From NCBI GenBank assembly GCA_026770705.1, contig JANJGN010000140.1, forward strand, positions 372,001 to 436,000: a stretch of DNA of 64,000 bases. The letters run 5' to 3'. The notes under the pieces were generated by a model that did no database searches, had not been told where the DNA came from, and worked only from the letters and a program-made list of their open reading frames with translations. The stretch is from Isurus oxyrinchus (taxonomy: Eukaryota). Position numbers and translations under genes: made by a program. This document shows, one piece after another, positions 62,440-64,000 of the stretch; the first letter of the stretch is position 1, and every line of letters begins with the position of its first letter.

Positions 62440-64000
62440 AGCACTGTCTCAATCATTTCTGCACTGAACCCTTTCCCTGTTCATATTAAACTTGACATTT
62501 GACTGTATATATTACACTCAGTGATGTCTCTGATCATATTACAACAGGTTGTGTCTCAGTTGTTTCTATAATAGGTCAATCTCAGTCAATATACATGACA
62601 AAGACCATGTTACACTATACATTCTCTCAGTTATCACTGCACTAAACCATATCTTGGCTAATATGACAGTAGTCCATGTCTCAGTTGTTACTGCACTGGT
62701 ACTTGTCTCTACTTAAATGAAACCAGAACATGTTCCTGTTTACATGACACGAGGCTCTGTCTCAGTTATTGCACTACTAGACTTTGCCATGTTTATACTA
62801 AACTAGGGGATGTCTTGGCGAACGCTGCACCGGTCTATGTCTCTGTTTATATCACACGATGCCCTGTCATTGTTATTATTGTATAATACCGTGCCTCTTT
62901 CTTATTGCTGCACTTGCCCACATCTCTGTTTATATTAATCCAGGTCCTATGTTGGTAGTTATTGCACTAGGCGCTGCCTCAGTTTATATTAGACAAGGTC
63001 CTATATCAGATGAAACTGCAACAGACCCCGTGTCAATTTCCTTTCACTAGATCCTGCCTCAGTTATTACTGAACTAGACCATGTCGGTGTTCATATTACA
63101 CAAGACACTGTCTCAATTATTACTGCACTCGGCACTGTCTCACATTTTACTCCACTACATCATGCCTCTGTTTATATTACACTAGATCACCTTTTTGCTC
63201 ATATTCTGTTAGACCCTATCTCAGTTTATATAACACTCGACCCTGTCTCAGTTTATATTACATTAGACCCCGTCTCAGATAATATTATACTGGAGCCCGT
63301 CTCGGTTTATATTACACCAGAGCACATCTGTGTTTACATTACAATAGACCCTCTCTCAGTTTATATTACACTAGACCCTGTCTCAGTTAATATTACACTA
63401 GACATTTCCTCTGTTTATATTAAAATAGGCCCTGTCAATGTTATTTCTGTGTAGGACATGTCTCTGTTTATACTACACAAGGCCAAGTCTGTTATCACTG
63501 CACTAGATGCCGGCTAAATAATTGCTGATACTAGGCCCAGCCTTCGTTTGTATTACCGTGGATGCTGTATCAATAATTGGTGCACTCAGCCCTGTCTCAG
63601 CATTACTGCACCAGACCCTGACTTTGTTTATATTGAAATAGAGTATGTCCATGATAATATTACACCAGTTCCTGCCTCAGTTATTTCAGTGCTCGGCCTC
63701 GCCTCAGCTGCTTCTGAATTCGCCCGTGGCTCTGGTTGTATTGCATGCGGAAAAGTCTCAGTTATTACTTCTCTGGGCCCAGCATCTGTATATACAACGC
63801 TAAACCCTGTCTTAGTAGCTGCTGCATTAATCCAGACATCTCTTTTTATTACACTTTCCCTGTCCTTGTTTTTATTCCGCTAGATCATGTTTTTGTTTAT
63901 CTTATACTATAGGCAATCTGAGTTATTATAGCACCAGACCCTGTCTAGGGTGTTATTAATCCATGTGCCGAATCAATCATTACTGTTCTAGCCCCGAGAG
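62440..64000. repeat. ~27-bp tandem array, continues past the window end
   Basis: Unit accctgtctcagtttatattacactag; clearest at 63210-63420. Confidence 0.85.

Overview
Eukaryotic genomic DNA from a cartilaginous fish, most likely a shark, judged from the IgM sequence and the repeat families. The window is very repeat-rich and has two assembly gaps. Reading left to right: (1) A complete seven-coding-exon, unprocessed dopamine D2-type receptor (DRD2-like) pseudogene on the minus strand (2628-18050), with three in-frame stops, frameshifts, DRY->DSY and a GC donor. Its introns hold an internally deleted Gypsy LTR element that appears to carry a captured host coiled-coil gene fragment (UACA/RAI14-like), a mini-LTR element, a MITE and telomere-like repeats. 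(2) A CpG-rich promoter and a small cluster of decaying C2H2 zinc-finger genes (27.6-37.4 kb), bracketed by inverted CR1 LINEs and followed by degenerate tRNA copies and Penelope-like elements with hammerhead-like cores. (3) The apparently intact constant region of a cluster-type IgM heavy-chain gene on the minus strand: CH1-CH4 plus secretory tail, TM1 and TM2 (44176-50229). No V, D or J segment is recognisable. The >13.7 kb upstream of CH1 (presumed J-C intron) contains a ~3.3 kb tandem repeat that is G-rich on the sense strand, an AT-rich block with octamer/E-box/ETS motifs, a consensus CTCF site and a 27-bp tandem array. Exon coordinates were read by hand from splice sites; repeat boundaries are approximate.
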